Shown here piece after piece: positions 13,201 through 26,249 of a stretch of 64,000 bases of DNA. The stretch is taken from the NCBI RefSeq assembly GCF_963921235.1, contig NC_086106.1:26908001-26972000 (forward strand), in the 5' to 3' direction. Every line of letters starts with the position of its first letter. Within the stretch, counting starts at the first letter, position 1. The DNA comes from Mobula hypostoma (Eukaryota). Under the pieces are notes generated by a model, which saw only the letters and a program-made list of their open reading frames with translations, had not been told where the DNA came from and did no database searches. Made by a program: the position numbers and the translations under genes.

Positions 13201-14165
13201 GGACATTATTAAGAAGGAGAGTAATATGTAGTGATGTAGTTTTGATGGATTCGTTTTCCATTGATAAATCTGATGGCGGGACGGAATAATGTGTTCATCA
13301 ATCTTTTAGTGTTTGCCTTCTAGCACCTTTACCTCCTATCTGATAGTAATAATTTCAAGACAGCATGTCCTGTGTGATACCGATACTCAATGATGGAAGC
13401 TGCCTTTTTGAGGCATCAGTCCCGAAGATGTCCTGCCTGATATAGAGGCCTCCGCCCACGATGGAACTCAGTGGCTTTCGAAATGTCTGCAGCTTATTTC
13501 GATCATTCGCAGTGCCCCTTCCATTATAAGATATGTTGATATATTCAGCTCGAACGCGTCCCCGATACATCTGTAGAAATTAGCGAGTATCTTTGAAAGC
13601 ATACAGAATCCCATCGAACTGCATCGAGATCGTGGGTCAGGATAGATTCTCAGAGATAATGACAGAGAGGAGTTTGCGATTTCTCCACATTTTCCAGTTC
13701 TGATCCGTAAATGATGACGTCTTTGTGTTTACTCATCTTACACATTCCGAAGTCCACGTTCAATTCTTTGATCTTACTGACGATGTGTCTAATATTATTG
13801 GTGCAATATCACTCAACTAGCTGATATAGTGGTGGAGACTACTAGGGGATCAATTATTATGGAATTTGTTTTGTGCAATTAACCAGACTTCATCAGACAG
13901 ATTGCGGTAGTAGATCCTTTCGGGAAAAGTCATCATAATATCAACTAATTCATCTGATTGCCTGAGACAGCGAAACAGAAGTCATAAGTATCAGTATTAC
14001 GGTTGAGTAAAGAGAATTACAGAACGATGAGAGACGGTAAAGCGGAATATAAACATAAACTAGCGAAATAACATTGCAGAATTTAAACTATATTTCTCAA
14101 GATATAAGAATTTTAAACGAAGGGCGAGACTGGATACCAGCCGATGGAAAACGATGCTAGAGATG

Positions 14166-14268
14166 CTAGATGAGTCCTGACGAAGGGTCTCGGCCTGAAA
14201 CGTCGACTGTACCTCTTCCTAGAGATGCTGCCTGGCCTGCTCCGTTCAGCAGCAACTTTGATGTGCGT
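14166..14268 (+). ncRNA. Minimal type I hammerhead ribozyme in a 103-bp Penelope-type insert with an 11-bp TSD
   Basis: AGTC(14173-76)-CTGACGA(14177-83)-AGG GTCTCGG CCT(14184-96)-GAAAC-GTC-GACT(14205-08). TGCTAGAGATG is duplicated at 14155-14165 and 14269-14279. Confidence 0.75.
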
Positions 14269-14362
14269 TGCTAGAGATGTTGTAATGGTTTACATTGAAA
14301 TGGCGAATGAATTGATTCAGCATTTTGCAGAAGTCTTTACTATGGAAGGTCCGAGCAGTATG

Positions 14363-14753
14363 TGTCATCGTACCTTCTGGCAATCCCCCACCTTGCCATT
14401 TAACTCAGGAATTGGGCCTCAATCACCTTATTTAATTTCCAATCATTCCCAGATTGCATTAAAAACACACACCTGCTTCCCATCAGAAACTGCAGGATAA
14501 AGACCCTGTGATCACAACAAGGAGTTGCCAGTTCGTTGGTCCACTCGTGTATGAGTAACCTCGTTCCATGGTTCTTAGGACTATGAGTTCTAAGTCTAGC
14601 ATCGTTCCTGAATTCTTTACTAAAACCAAGACTCCGGGTGAAGACTCTCTTGGACACGAATTCCACGCTCGCTGCGACCGTAACGCCTCCCGACCCGGCC
14701 TCCGCGCCCGTGTTCAGCACTTGGGTTCGTTCCACCGCCACGACCTTGCAACA
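14363..14753 (+). mobile_element. Solo LTR (391 bp) inside a CR1 fragment
   Basis: TGTCA...GCAACA termini with an imperfect 5-bp TSD GTATG/GAATG. The terminal TGGGTTCG...TGCAACA is shared with the LTR at 8606-9010. Confidence 0.7.
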
Positions 14754-14759
14754 GAATGT

Positions 14760-16500
14760 TGGAATTTTTTTTTCTGTCAGCGGTCATGAGTTGTGTGAAG
14801 CTACCATTACCTGAGAGAAGTTATTTGGGAAACTGAAAAGTCTAAAGGTAGATGTCACCTGGACCAGATGCTATACACACAAGGGTTCTGAAAAAAGGTC
14901 TCTTAAGATATTGTTTCGGCATTAGCAATGATATTTCAAGAATCACTGGGCTCTGGAACGTTCTGGAAGACGGTGATATCGAAAATAACACTGCACTCTT
15001 CAAGAATGGAAAGAGGCAGAAGAAAGGAAACAATGGGACAATTTATTTCATCTCAGCTCTGGAATCAAGAACCACTGGGATCTGGAAAGGTCTGGAATAC
15101 GGTGATATAGCAAATATCACTGCACTCTTCCAGAATGGAGAGAGGAAAAAGAAAGGAAACAATAGGACAGTTTATTTGATCTCAGCTTTGACCCTTTTGA
15201 CGACGAAGTTACAGAACATTATAGAGGATGTGATCTCAAGATTTTTGCAGGCACTTGATTAAGTAGGCCTTAGTTATTTTGCCTGACAAATATGGCTTTA
15301 CAAGCTTGGAGAGCAAGGTATATCAGGGATTATTCTGCAATGCATAAAATAGTGGGTAATTCTCAGAAAGCAAGGCGTGGGAATAAGTGGAGCCTTTTCT
15401 GGGTGATGATTGTCACTGACTGTGGTGTTTCTCAGGGTCTGTGTTGAGACCGCTTCTTTTTACGTTGTATGCCAATGAATTAGACGACGAAATTGAGGAA
15501 TTTTTTACAAAGATTACAGACGACTAGAAGAAGTGTAGAGGACAGTTATATTTGAGGAATTAAAGCAGCCACAGAAGGAATTGGACAGATTTGCAGAAAG
15601 GACAAAAAGTACAAATGGAAACCAGTGTTGGGATGCGTACGGTAATGCACGTTGGTAGTAGAAATGAAAGGTTTCCCTGTTTTAAAAATGTACAAACAGT
15701 AGAAATCCTGCGCCACAAACGTATTTGACAGTTTCCCTTCAGGTTAATTTCGAGGTTGAGTCTGTGGTGAGGAAGGCAAATGCGATGCTGGCATTCATTT
15801 CAAGAGGACTGGAATATAAAGGCAAGTATCGAATGTTGAGAAACAAGAGAAAATCTGCAGATGCTAGAAACCCAAACAGCACACACAAAATATTGGGCCA
15901 ACTAAGCAAGCCAGGCAGTATCTTTGAAAAAAAAAAGCGGTTTTCGGCAGGACGAATGGTCTCAGCCCGAAACGACGAATGTATTTATTTTTCTTCAAAG
16001 TTGGTCCCTGGCCTGCCGAGTTCCTCCAGCATGTTGAGTATATTGCATGGGATGCTGAGAATTTATAAAACACTGGTGGGGCATCAACTGGAACACCGTG
16101 AGATGTAGTGGACCCTTCATCTTGAACTCTCTGGCATGTATTCAACAGCATTCTGAAGAATGAGGTGTGACAGTACAATTTATCGAACGGTAATAGAGTA
16201 AATATGGTGAGGATGTTTCCAAGGTTGGGAAAGTATAAAACCGGAGGATAGAGTCTATGAATAGATTTAGGAAATGGGGAGGTATCTGTTTATCCAGAGA
16301 GTGCTCAGTCTGAAGAATTATTTGTCACAGGCAGTTGTGGAGGCTAAGTCTTCATGTGTATTGAAGACAGTGGTTGAGAGATTTTTGTTTATTTGGACCA
16401 TGAAGGCATGCAGGGAGCAGGAAACTTTAGGGTTGAGGGGGAAAATAGTTCAACGATGATGAAATGGAAGGCCAGACTGGAAGAGCCAAATTGTACTGAT
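14760..16500 (+). mobile_element. Degraded CR1 ORF2, interrupted near 15845-16045 by inverted Penelope-type ends
   Basis: SPGPDAIHTRVLK, ANITALFQNGERKKKGNNRTV, VVRKANAMLAFISRGLEYK peptides. Confidence 0.8.
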
Positions 16501-18895
16501 AATCTTATTGCCGTATTGTCGACATCTCGCTCCTGTACGCCATCACGTTAGCTTGTGAAATTTTGCAAACAGTAGTTGTGTCGTCAGCAATATTTTTGAT
16601 GACATTTAAGATATTCGGAGTAATACCGTTATTGAAGGGATGGAGGGGTGGAGGGCGGCAGAGAGGTAGGGCAGTGTGCTAAATACACATCCTTTAAGTG
16701 CACCAGTGTTGGTTATGAACAATGTAAATAATTTATTTCCGATTGGCAGAGACTGTGGTCTTCCGGTGTGCATGTCGAGAATCCTATTACAGAGGGAGGT
16801 GCAGGTGCAGGTGATCCAAGGCCGCATGTATAGCCAATGAACTGGCATTTGCTGTCGGGAAATTGTGACGATAGATAATTTGCATTTGATCCTGGACCTC
16901 AGAACCCGAAGACGAAAATGTACTGTCTGCCATGCATGTCGGAAGCGGCGAATTATTTATCTAATATCAGAGTTTATATTAAAATTGGCACACACACAGA
17001 ATAAACTCATCTGAAGCTCATATTGCATTAAGAGAAGCTGCGCTAATTGTCAATTGATTTGTTAATGATGGAGGAGGGATATCAACGTAAACTTCGGAGA
17101 GCAATTAGGAAATTGCGTTGCAGATTGGTGCAGAAAAGACATATGCAGCAGGGATTCCATAAAGAAAGAAAGAAAGAAAGAAAGAAAACTCTATCTGGAT
17201 GTGTATTATCGGATCTATAACTATGTCGACAGGAGCAGTTTGGAACCCAGGTAAACAGAAGATGATTTATATATTCCACGGAGCTTTCATCCGAGATTGA
17301 GCCTAATATTAGTAAGGACCAATTGAAACTATCACCCACCTCTCCTGAGTTTCTGGTCCGCGAGATGTAAAGTAGAAAAGCTTATCAGCACAAGTTCACT
17401 ACTTTAATGAGGAGAAAATAAATGTCATGCCACATATGAGCATTACCTGGCGCATCTGAGACCGTCAGCATCGACCGAAGCACTGCTTGATATAGGATTT
17501 GTCTTTCTGGAGGTAAACTATGAAATGTCGATATTAGCGATAATTTTACAGACTCACTAATATCTGAACGGCCTACAAACCGCACCTTCGCCCTTTCCCG
17601 CCTCGTTAAAAAATAACATTTTGTTCTTTCAGTTTGCTGGCTACGTCTGTGCTGCAGAAGACACCTTCCATCTCGGGATATCTGAAATGATTTTATTTTC
17701 ACTAAAACATGCTCCTCTACGAACTTGCACTGTTTGATGAAACGCTTATCCGCTCCTGGCGCATTCCTCCATGACAAACAACGAAACGAAGTCATCAGCT
17801 TTCATCCTGTCTTATTGTCTCGCAATTCCTTCATCCAGAAAACTGAGTCTGTTTTACCCAAGCTCTTTTCGTCATTTTATGTGGCAACTCTTTCTGCGAT
17901 GCATGAGATTTCACATCATCTGCGACCGACAATTCTAATTTCCAGCAGCTCCCCAATAACCGGAGGAATTGAAACACTTCTCCTTCTAACTACACATTAC
18001 CAAATAGCCTAGGACGTCTACGATCTGACATTATGAAAATTCAATTCACGGATGTCATGTAATTTATTCCGTTTATTTCTTTCTCCTCTTTATCCACAAA
18101 AGTGCTTCCGCACATCTCTTACTTAAAGTACCTTCAGTCCCGTGTTTCCCGGTTTCTTACAACTCAATACCTTAATCGATTTGCTTTTCCCTTATACCAT
18201 AGAACAAATCTATATCTTTTGCCAAATGCTTCCATCTGATCAGACTCCATACCTTTTCTGGAACCCTGCACAACGTTTTTTTAAAATACCGTATTCACGA
18301 ACCTGCAGTTATCTATTTTCAATAACTCCATGTACCCACGTTAATAATAGCCTCCCTTTTATGATATGTTCCATCTTCCAAACACAGTTCCTCATCTGTA
18401 TGTACCTAGAGCTTCCCTGCTCATCGTGACCTTTTTTTTCTCTCTCTCTAAACTCCTTCTATCTCTTCCTATTACGGCTTTCAAGTTTGGGATTTGATTT
18501 AAAAAAATATATACTCGAAACGCGAACGGTCGTTTTGCCTTCACAGACGCTGCCTGACCAGATGCTAATGGTCCAGAAGATCTTCAGTAAGATTATAATT
18601 AAATTATCTCCAGACCTTGCTAGTGTGACATGAGAACAAAAGTTGTTCAGAAGCCGGAGAAGTATCTGCAGAAATACAAACAACGTTAATAAATCGGGTT
18701 GCAGATTCGGTCTAATGCCGAGTTTCAATTAATATCGGCAGGAACTTGATACAACCTATAATAGAGACAAACAAAGCGTACTTTGATATCAACACCTAGT
18801 GATATTTCGAGGTATGACCAAACGGTTGGCTATCTATTATTTACAGACATGCAGGTTTATTTTATGTCATGCTACGCAGGACATGATGTAATATA

Positions 18896-20498
18896 CAGTG
18901 GTATGCAAAGGTTTGGGCACCCCTGTTCAAAATTTCTGTTACTGTGAATATCTAAGCGAGTAAAAGATGAACTGATATTCAAAAGGCATAAAGTTGTAGA
19001 TGACACATTTTTTAAAAATATTTTACGCAAGAAAACTTTTATTTCCATCTTTTACAGTTTCAAAATAACAAAAAACAAGGAAAAGGGCCGGAAGTAAAAT
19101 TTGGGCACCATGCATGTTCAGTACCTAGTAACACCCCGTTTGGCTAGTCGCACAGCTTGTAGGAGCTTTTTATAGGCAGCTAAGAGTCTTTCAATTGCTG
19201 TGGCGCATTTTCGCACATTCATTCCTGCAAAAGACTTCGAGTTCTATGAGCTTCTTGGACCGTCTTGCATGCACTGCTCTTGTGAGGTCGAACCACAGAT
19301 TCTCAATGATGTTTAGTTCAGGGGACTGTGAGGGCTATGGCAACTCCTTCAGCTTGCGCCTCTTGAGATCGTCCATTGTGGATTTTCAGGTGTGTTTAGG
19401 ATCATAATCCTGTTGTAGAAGCCATCCTCTTTTCATCTTCGGCTACTGTTACAGTCGGTGTGATGTTTGCTTCCAGAATTTGCCGGCATTTAATTGAATT
19501 TTTTCCTCCATCTACCAGTAAATGTTACCCGTGCCACTGGCTGCAACACGAGCCCAAAACATGATAGATTGACCCCCGTGCTTCACAGTTGGGGGGAGGT
19601 TAATTTCATGAAATTATTCACCCTTTTTTCTCCAAACATATCTTTCCTCACTGCGGACAAAAAGTTCTATTTTAACTTCATCAGTGCAGAGGACTTGTTT
19701 CCAAAATGCATCAGGCTTGTTTAAATGTTCCTTTGAACCATATGAATAGTACGTTTTGTCCGCAATGAACAAAGGTATGTTTGGAGAAAAGGCTATAGAA
19801 TTTCATGAAATGAACCCCTCTCTAACTGTTAAGCACGGGGTGGATCGATCATACTTTGGGCTTCTGTTGCAACCAGTGGTACGGGGAACATTTACTGGTC
19901 GAGGGAACCATGAAGTCTATTAAATACCAGAAAATTCTGGAATCAAACAACACACCGTCTCTAAAACACCGAAGATGAAATGAGGATGGCTTCTAAAAAG
20001 GATAATGAACCTAAAAGCACCTCAAAATCCACAATGGACTACCTTCGGAGGTGCAAGCTGAAGGTTTTCACAGTCCCCTCACATCATCGAAAATCTGTGG
20101 ATAGACCTCAAAAGAACAGTGCATGCAAGACCGCCCAAGAATCTCACAGAACTTGAAGCCTTTTGCAAGGAAGAATGGGCAAAAATGCCCCGAAATAAGA
20201 ATTGAAAGACTCTTAGCAGGCTACAAAAAGCATTTATAAGATGTGATACTTGCCAAAGGGGGTGTTACTAAGTACTTCCATGCAGGGTTCCCAAACTTTT
20301 GCTTCGTGCCCTTTTCCTCTTTTTGCCATTTGGAAACTGTAAAAGATGGAAACAAAAAAAGTTTTCTTGCTTAAAATATTAAAGAAATTTGTCATCTTTA
20401 ACTTCATGCTTTTTGGAAATTAGTTCATCTTTTACTCACTTAGCCATTCACAGTAACAGAAATTTTGACCGGGGTGCGCAGTCATTTGCATGTCACTG
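18896..20498. mobile_element. Palindromic non-autonomous Tc1 derivative (two transposase 3' halves head-to-head)
   Basis: TA|CAGTGGTATGCAAAGGTTTGGGCACCCCT ... GGGGTGCGCAGTCATTTGCATGTCACTG|TA. The left arm encodes the DDE region on the minus strand (HLNKPDAFWKQV..TDEVKIELF) and the right arm encodes the same region on the plus strand (RYVW..TVKH.GGS). Confidence 0.85.
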
Positions 20499-20521
20499 TA
20501 TTTGGGAACTGATCTGAAATG

Positions 20522-20581
20522 CAGTGGAATGCAAAAGTTTGGGCACCCCTGGTCAAAATTATTGTAACTGTGAATGGCTAA
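20522..20581 (+). mobile_element. Orphan Tc1 terminal fragment of the same family
   Basis: CAGTGGAATGCAAAAGTTTGGGCACCCCTGGTCAAAATT..GTAACTGTGAATGGCTAA, truncated after about 60 bp. Confidence 0.8.
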
Positions 20582-20589
20582 AATCAGTT

Positions 20590-22790
20590 ACGTTATTGGC
20601 CCCCTTTCTGGTCCTAACTTCCAACAACAGAGATTCCGTAGATAATCCCTCCATAACTTCCTCTTTTTCTGCCGCCATGACAAAATCTCTGATCAACAGT
20701 GCCACGCCCCCACCTTTTTTCCTCCCTCCTTGTCCTTTCTAAAACATTTAAATCTTGGCACTCGAAAAACCGTTCCTGCCCCTGAGCGATCCAGGTGTCT
20801 GTAATGGTCACAACATCATATCTCTAAGTGCTGATCCACGCTCTATGCTCATGCACATTGTTGATTATATTCCTTGCATTAAAATAGACAAATCTCAGAC
20901 AATCGGTCTGAGCGCCATCCCTTCTCTATCTCCTGCCTATCCGCCCTCTCGCGCTGTCTTAAAGCTTTCCCTCTTTGTGATCCAACCGCCTTTTCCTCCA
21001 TTACTTCAGTTCGATTCCCACCCCCCAGCAATTCTAGTTTAAACTCTCCCTAACAGTCTTTGCAAACCTCCCCGCCAGGATATTGGCCCCTTCGGATTCA
21101 AGCGAAATCCGTCCTTCTTGTAAATGTCACACCTGCCACAAAAAAGGTCCCAATGATGAGTAAGTCTGAATCTCTGCACTCTGCTGCAATCCCTACGCCA
21201 GCAAGCACTGTGAGGGTCATGTTTTTTGACTTCTCCAGTGCGTTCAATACCATCCACGCTGCTCTGCTGGGGAAAAAGCTGACAGCGATGCAGGTGGATG
21301 CCTCCCTGGTGTCATGGATTCTTCATTACCTGACTGGCAGACCACAGTACGTGCGCTTGGAACACTGTGTGACCGACAGAGTGATCAGCAGCACTGGGGC
21401 CCCACAGGGGACGGTCTTGTCTCCCTTTCTCTTCACCATTTACACCTCGGACTTCAACTACTGTACAGAGTCTTGCAATCTTCAGAAGTTTTCAAATGAC
21501 TCTGCCATAGTTGGATGCATCAACAAGGGAGATGAGGCTGAGTACAGGGCTACGGTAGGAAACTTTATCACATGGTGTGAGCAGAATTATCTGCAGCTTA
21601 ATGTGAAAAAGACTAAGGAGCTGGTGGCAGACCTGAGGAGAGCTAAGGTACCGGTGACCCCTGTTTCCATCCAGGGGGTCAGGGTGGACATTGTGGAGGA
21701 TTACAAATACCTGGGGAAACGAATTGACAATGAACTGGACTGGTCAAAGAACACTGAGGCTGTGTACAAGAAGGGTCAGAGTCGTCTCTATTTCCTGAGG
21801 TCCTTTATTATCTGCCGGACGATGCTGAGGATGTTCTACGAGTCTGTGGTGGCCAGTGCTATCATGTTTGCTGTTGTGTGCTGGGGCAGTAGGCTGAGGG
21901 TAGCAGACACCAACAGAATCAACAAACTCATTCCTAAGGCCAGTGATGTTGTGGGGAAGGAACTGGACTCTCTCACGGTGGTGTCTGAAAAGAGGATGCT
22001 GTCTAAGTTGCATGCCATCTTGGACAATGTCTCCCATCCACTAAGTAATATACTGGTTGGGCACGGGAGTACATTCAGCCAGAGATTCATTCCACCGAGA
22101 TGCAACACAGAGCGTCATAGGAAGTTATTCCTGCCTTTGACCATCAAACTTTACAACTCCTCCCTTGGAGGGTCAGACATTCTGAGCCAATAGGCTGGTC
22201 CTGGACTTATTTCATAATTTACTGGCAAAATTTACGTATTACTATTTAACTATTTATGGTTTTATTACTATTTATTAGTTATGGTGCAGCTGTAACGAAA
22301 ACCAATTTCCCCCGGGATCAATAAAGTATGACTATGACTATGACGAATCCTCCACCTCATTCTATTCCTATGCTCACTGTCATGTGGCACAGGCAGTAAT
22401 CCCGAGATTGCTATTCTTGAGGTCCTGCTTCTCAACTTCCTTCCTAACTCCCTGTCGTCTGCTTTCAGGCCCTCCTCCCTTGTTCCTACCTATGTCGGTG
22501 GTACGAATATGTACCACGACCTCTGGCTTTTCCCCTTCCCACTTCAGGATATCGTGGACGCGATGAGAAACATCTCGGACCCTGGCACCTGGGAGGCAAA
22601 CTACCATCCGTGTTTCATTGTTGCGCCACAGAATCGACTGTCTGACCCCACAACTGTAGAGCCCCTATCACTGCTGCCATCCTCATCCTTTCCCTACCCT
22701 TCTGAACTATAGCCCCAAACTCTGTGCCCGAGGCGCGGCCACTGTTGCTTCCCCTAGGTAGGCCGTCTCATCCAACAGTACTCAAGCATG
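20590..22790 (-). mobile_element. CR1 ORF1/endonuclease fragment split by a Rex/Babar insertion
   Basis: Minus peptides KKDGFRLNPKG and VVCLPGARVRDVSHRVHDILKWEGEKPEVVVHI; the sequence is contiguous across 21195-22345. Confidence 0.8.
21195..22345 (+). mobile_element. 5'-truncated Rex1/Babar-type LINE, open RT region
   Basis: ORF 21060-22193 contains VRVMFFDFSSAFNTI, GAPQGTVLSPFLFTIYT, LQKFSNDSAIVG (catalytic DD reads ND), YKYLG; 3' AATAAAG followed by a (TATGAC)n tail. Confidence 0.9.
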
Positions 22791-25700
22791 AGCACTTATT
22801 GTTAAGGGGGACAGCCACTGGGGTACTCTCTAGCATTTGCCACTTACCTTTACATGGGTAATTACACATGTTCCGGCATTTTAAAAATAAAGAAAAGGCC
22901 AAATAAACCTCGATGAACATAGATCACAAACTTCATTTTAAAGCTCGAACTCCTGCACTGATCAGCAGGCAATACGTGTGGGGAGGGTGGGCAGTAGATG
23001 TAGGGATCCTCTGCATTGTTTGTGGATGTAATATTGCTTTGTTTAAGAAAATTGGCAGAATCCGTTACTGCAGCAAATATCTGAAAAATTCAGAGCATAT
23101 ATTATGTAATTAAGACAGGCCTTAAGATAAAGAAAGAAGAACACTCGTACTCCATCATACCAGTAGAATATAATTGGTAACAGTGAACTAACTTGAATAA
23201 AATGGAATGAAATCCAATACAGAGATGTATAGATATTAGGGTTAGTTTTTTGAGATCTATTGAATTCCAACATCGACTGGAAACAAAAAGAAGGGGGAAA
23301 CAACCCACAAAAAAGAGGGCGATGTCTCATTGTTGCTGCTATTGGACATTAAAATGATAGTTAAAATCATTTGTAAATACAAATAAGGACAATCAATGAG
23401 AACATTTGAAAGTTCAGTCGCAGTAAAATGTAGCCAACACAAAATTTCTTATGATGTCTTCAAACAGAGTCAAGATGAATAAAAATGAAGTCTTAACTCT
23501 GTCTATAGATACATTACTTGAACCAAGGCAGGTTAAAGTTTTTAAACACAGGATCGATGGCAATGCGTGGACGGATGTGTTAATATGAATACCATAGTCG
23601 GACATAAATCGTACAGTCATGGAACAGTACCGCACAGAAACAGGCACTGCAGACCATCTGGTTAATGTTGAGCTTATTTAAACGGCCTTCTCCAGTTGAC
23701 CTGCAACTGGCCCATTGCCTCCATACCACTCCCATCCACGTACTTGTCCAATCTTTGATTAAACATTGAAATAGAGCTCGCATGCACCAGTTGTTCCACA
23801 TTCCCTCGAAGCTCGCAGTGAAGAAGATTCCCCTCATGTTCCATTTACACTTTTCGACATTATCTTTAGTCCCACGCAAACTCGGTGGAAAAAAAAAATA
23901 CTGTTGTGTTTACCTTTTGCGAACACCTCCTAAATCTATGTACCTCTATGAAATCTCCTCTATGTTATTTTCTACGTTCCAACGAAAAAGAGTCCTGAAA
24001 TACTTAATCATTCCTTATAACTGGGATCCTCCAGATGCGGTATGTCCTTACAAATATTGTTTACACACTTTCAACCTTATTTACACTTTTTTTGTGAAAC
24101 TAAGTGAACAAAGTTTCAGACAATAATCCAGATTAAGCCTCACCAGTGTTTTATCGAACTTTCACATAACATCCCCTCTGCTACACTCAGTATTTTGATT
24201 TATCAAGGCCAATGTGCCGGAAGCTTTCTTTACGATCAAATCTCCCTTCGACCTCACTGTTTATCCGTTTGTTCTATCGCACTCATCAGCACGCTGACAT
24301 TCAGGTTTTTTTTCAGCCAGGGACACAATATTTTTTTTTTAAATCACGGTTCCCTACACCTGGTATCTTCATTTTATATTCTGACATTATCATAGAAGCA
24401 TCGCGAGCTCAATATTTCCGTTTTGAAGGCTTGCCATTTGCCAATAAACAACCTGTCTCAATTCAGTCTTGCTTGATCCTTTGAGATACCATCTCAACTG
24501 GCCGTTCTCTAATTTAGAATCTCAATATGCGGCCCAGACCTATATGTGTGTTTCTGCTGCTGCAGTGCCTCAGAACGGAGCGCTGTCCACTTAGAACAGA
24601 AAGAAGGAGGATTTTCTTCATCGAAGTGGAGGGGATTCTGTGCAATGTAGTGCTAAAAAAAAAAGGTTGCGGAGTGCCGAGTGACATAATGCATTTAAGT
24701 GGTGTTTGATATGTTATTTATTAGTTAGTGCGCCAAGATTGCGGGAAAAAAAGACAGGGGAATGGGGTTTTAAGTGTTAATAAAGCAGCCATGATGGAAT
24801 TGAGGAGGAGAATCGATGAGACGCATGACCTTATTCTGCTCCAATGTTTTACAGCCATATGATTTACTTGTTGGAGCATTCGTAAGGGCCGCATAATTCC
24901 CAGGGCCAACATAGCATGCTTATCACATCATTCTTCAGAATGTGAAAGAAATCGACATTCCAGACGAAAACTAAGTGGCCACGTGGAGAACTTACAAAAT
25001 CATAACGTTCATCAGCGGGAATGGACCTCCTAACGTAGAATTATCGCTTTAATGGGTTCTGCAAACTTGTGAGCTGCCATATCATTGCAGCAGATTGAAC
25101 GTTGTGTAACCTGATGCGCTACTATGCCAGATCAGCATGATAAGCCAGCCTTAAGTTAAATTAAACCGGGACACGAAATTGGTACGTAAGAGTGAGAAAA
25201 GAACCAGCATTCTATCCCTCAACTATTGTCAGGTTATCTTCATTTTGACATGCAACTTTTGTCATGCGTATATAATTCATTAAATTATATATACCATTCC
25301 TGTCTACGTGCGTTTGTTGTGCATATGGTGAATATTTGCTTTTCACGGATTATGAACACATTTCCGACATTACAGAATAGTTCAAGTCTGCGCTTTTCTG
25401 CGGAATTTGCAGATCAGAAATGCCATCTGGCATCCAATTGGTTGCAAGTGATAGATTGCGATGTTTGCAAAGTTTGATCTGACTGCCCAAGAAATCTGAG
25501 TGAATGTTGCACGAGCTAATTGAAATCATCCAATTAAGAACTTTCTGGTTAGCTGTGAGAAATTGTTAACCAGGTTATTCATGTGTTTATATCTGTAGTA
25601 ATCACAGATGGACTCAAGCTAGGCGCTGATATAAATAATCTCAGAAACGTCAATCCCAGATGAGAATGCAGAGGGACAGAAACGGAACATATTTGTCCCC

Positions 25701-26249
25701 ACCAACGCATAACATATTTTGAGAGAGAAAGATGCAAATGTTCAAATGATCTACCAGTAATGGTTAATCTTCTGTCAGCTGGAGGGTATTAAAATAGAGA
25801 TAATATTCAGGATTATTCTGGGTCTTTTTTTTTCCCTCCCCGTAATCGCAGGGATTTCGGGTCCAGTGCAATGACATAACTCACTCGCTGTCTGTATCTA
25901 TGTCCAGTTATCGCCCGAATTGTTCTTTTTTTTATTCCTCAGAACTGGGTTTATACAGAGGTATTGAGCAAAAAATTAAATAAAATATTTCGTTTAATAT
26001 ATAATATTAAATAGTAAATTTTAATATTAAGTTAATTTTAATTTAGAATATTGAATCGTCATCATCATCATATAAATTAAATCGTGGTCTGAATTGTTGA
26101 TCTGTGCAGTGTCTGTTGGAGTTGTTGTTGTCCACCTTTAATGTATTTCCCACGATCAAAAGATGTTCTGGGCAGAAACTGAAGGAATTGGATTTGCTAT
26201 TGATCGTGCTGATGCTTTGTCAGAAGGCCTCCACCACCACCCCAAACAG

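Noticed and set aside
17620-17735. Acceptor-like ttttgttctttcag followed by a short open frame
   Set aside because: No donor, partner exon or recognisable peptide.
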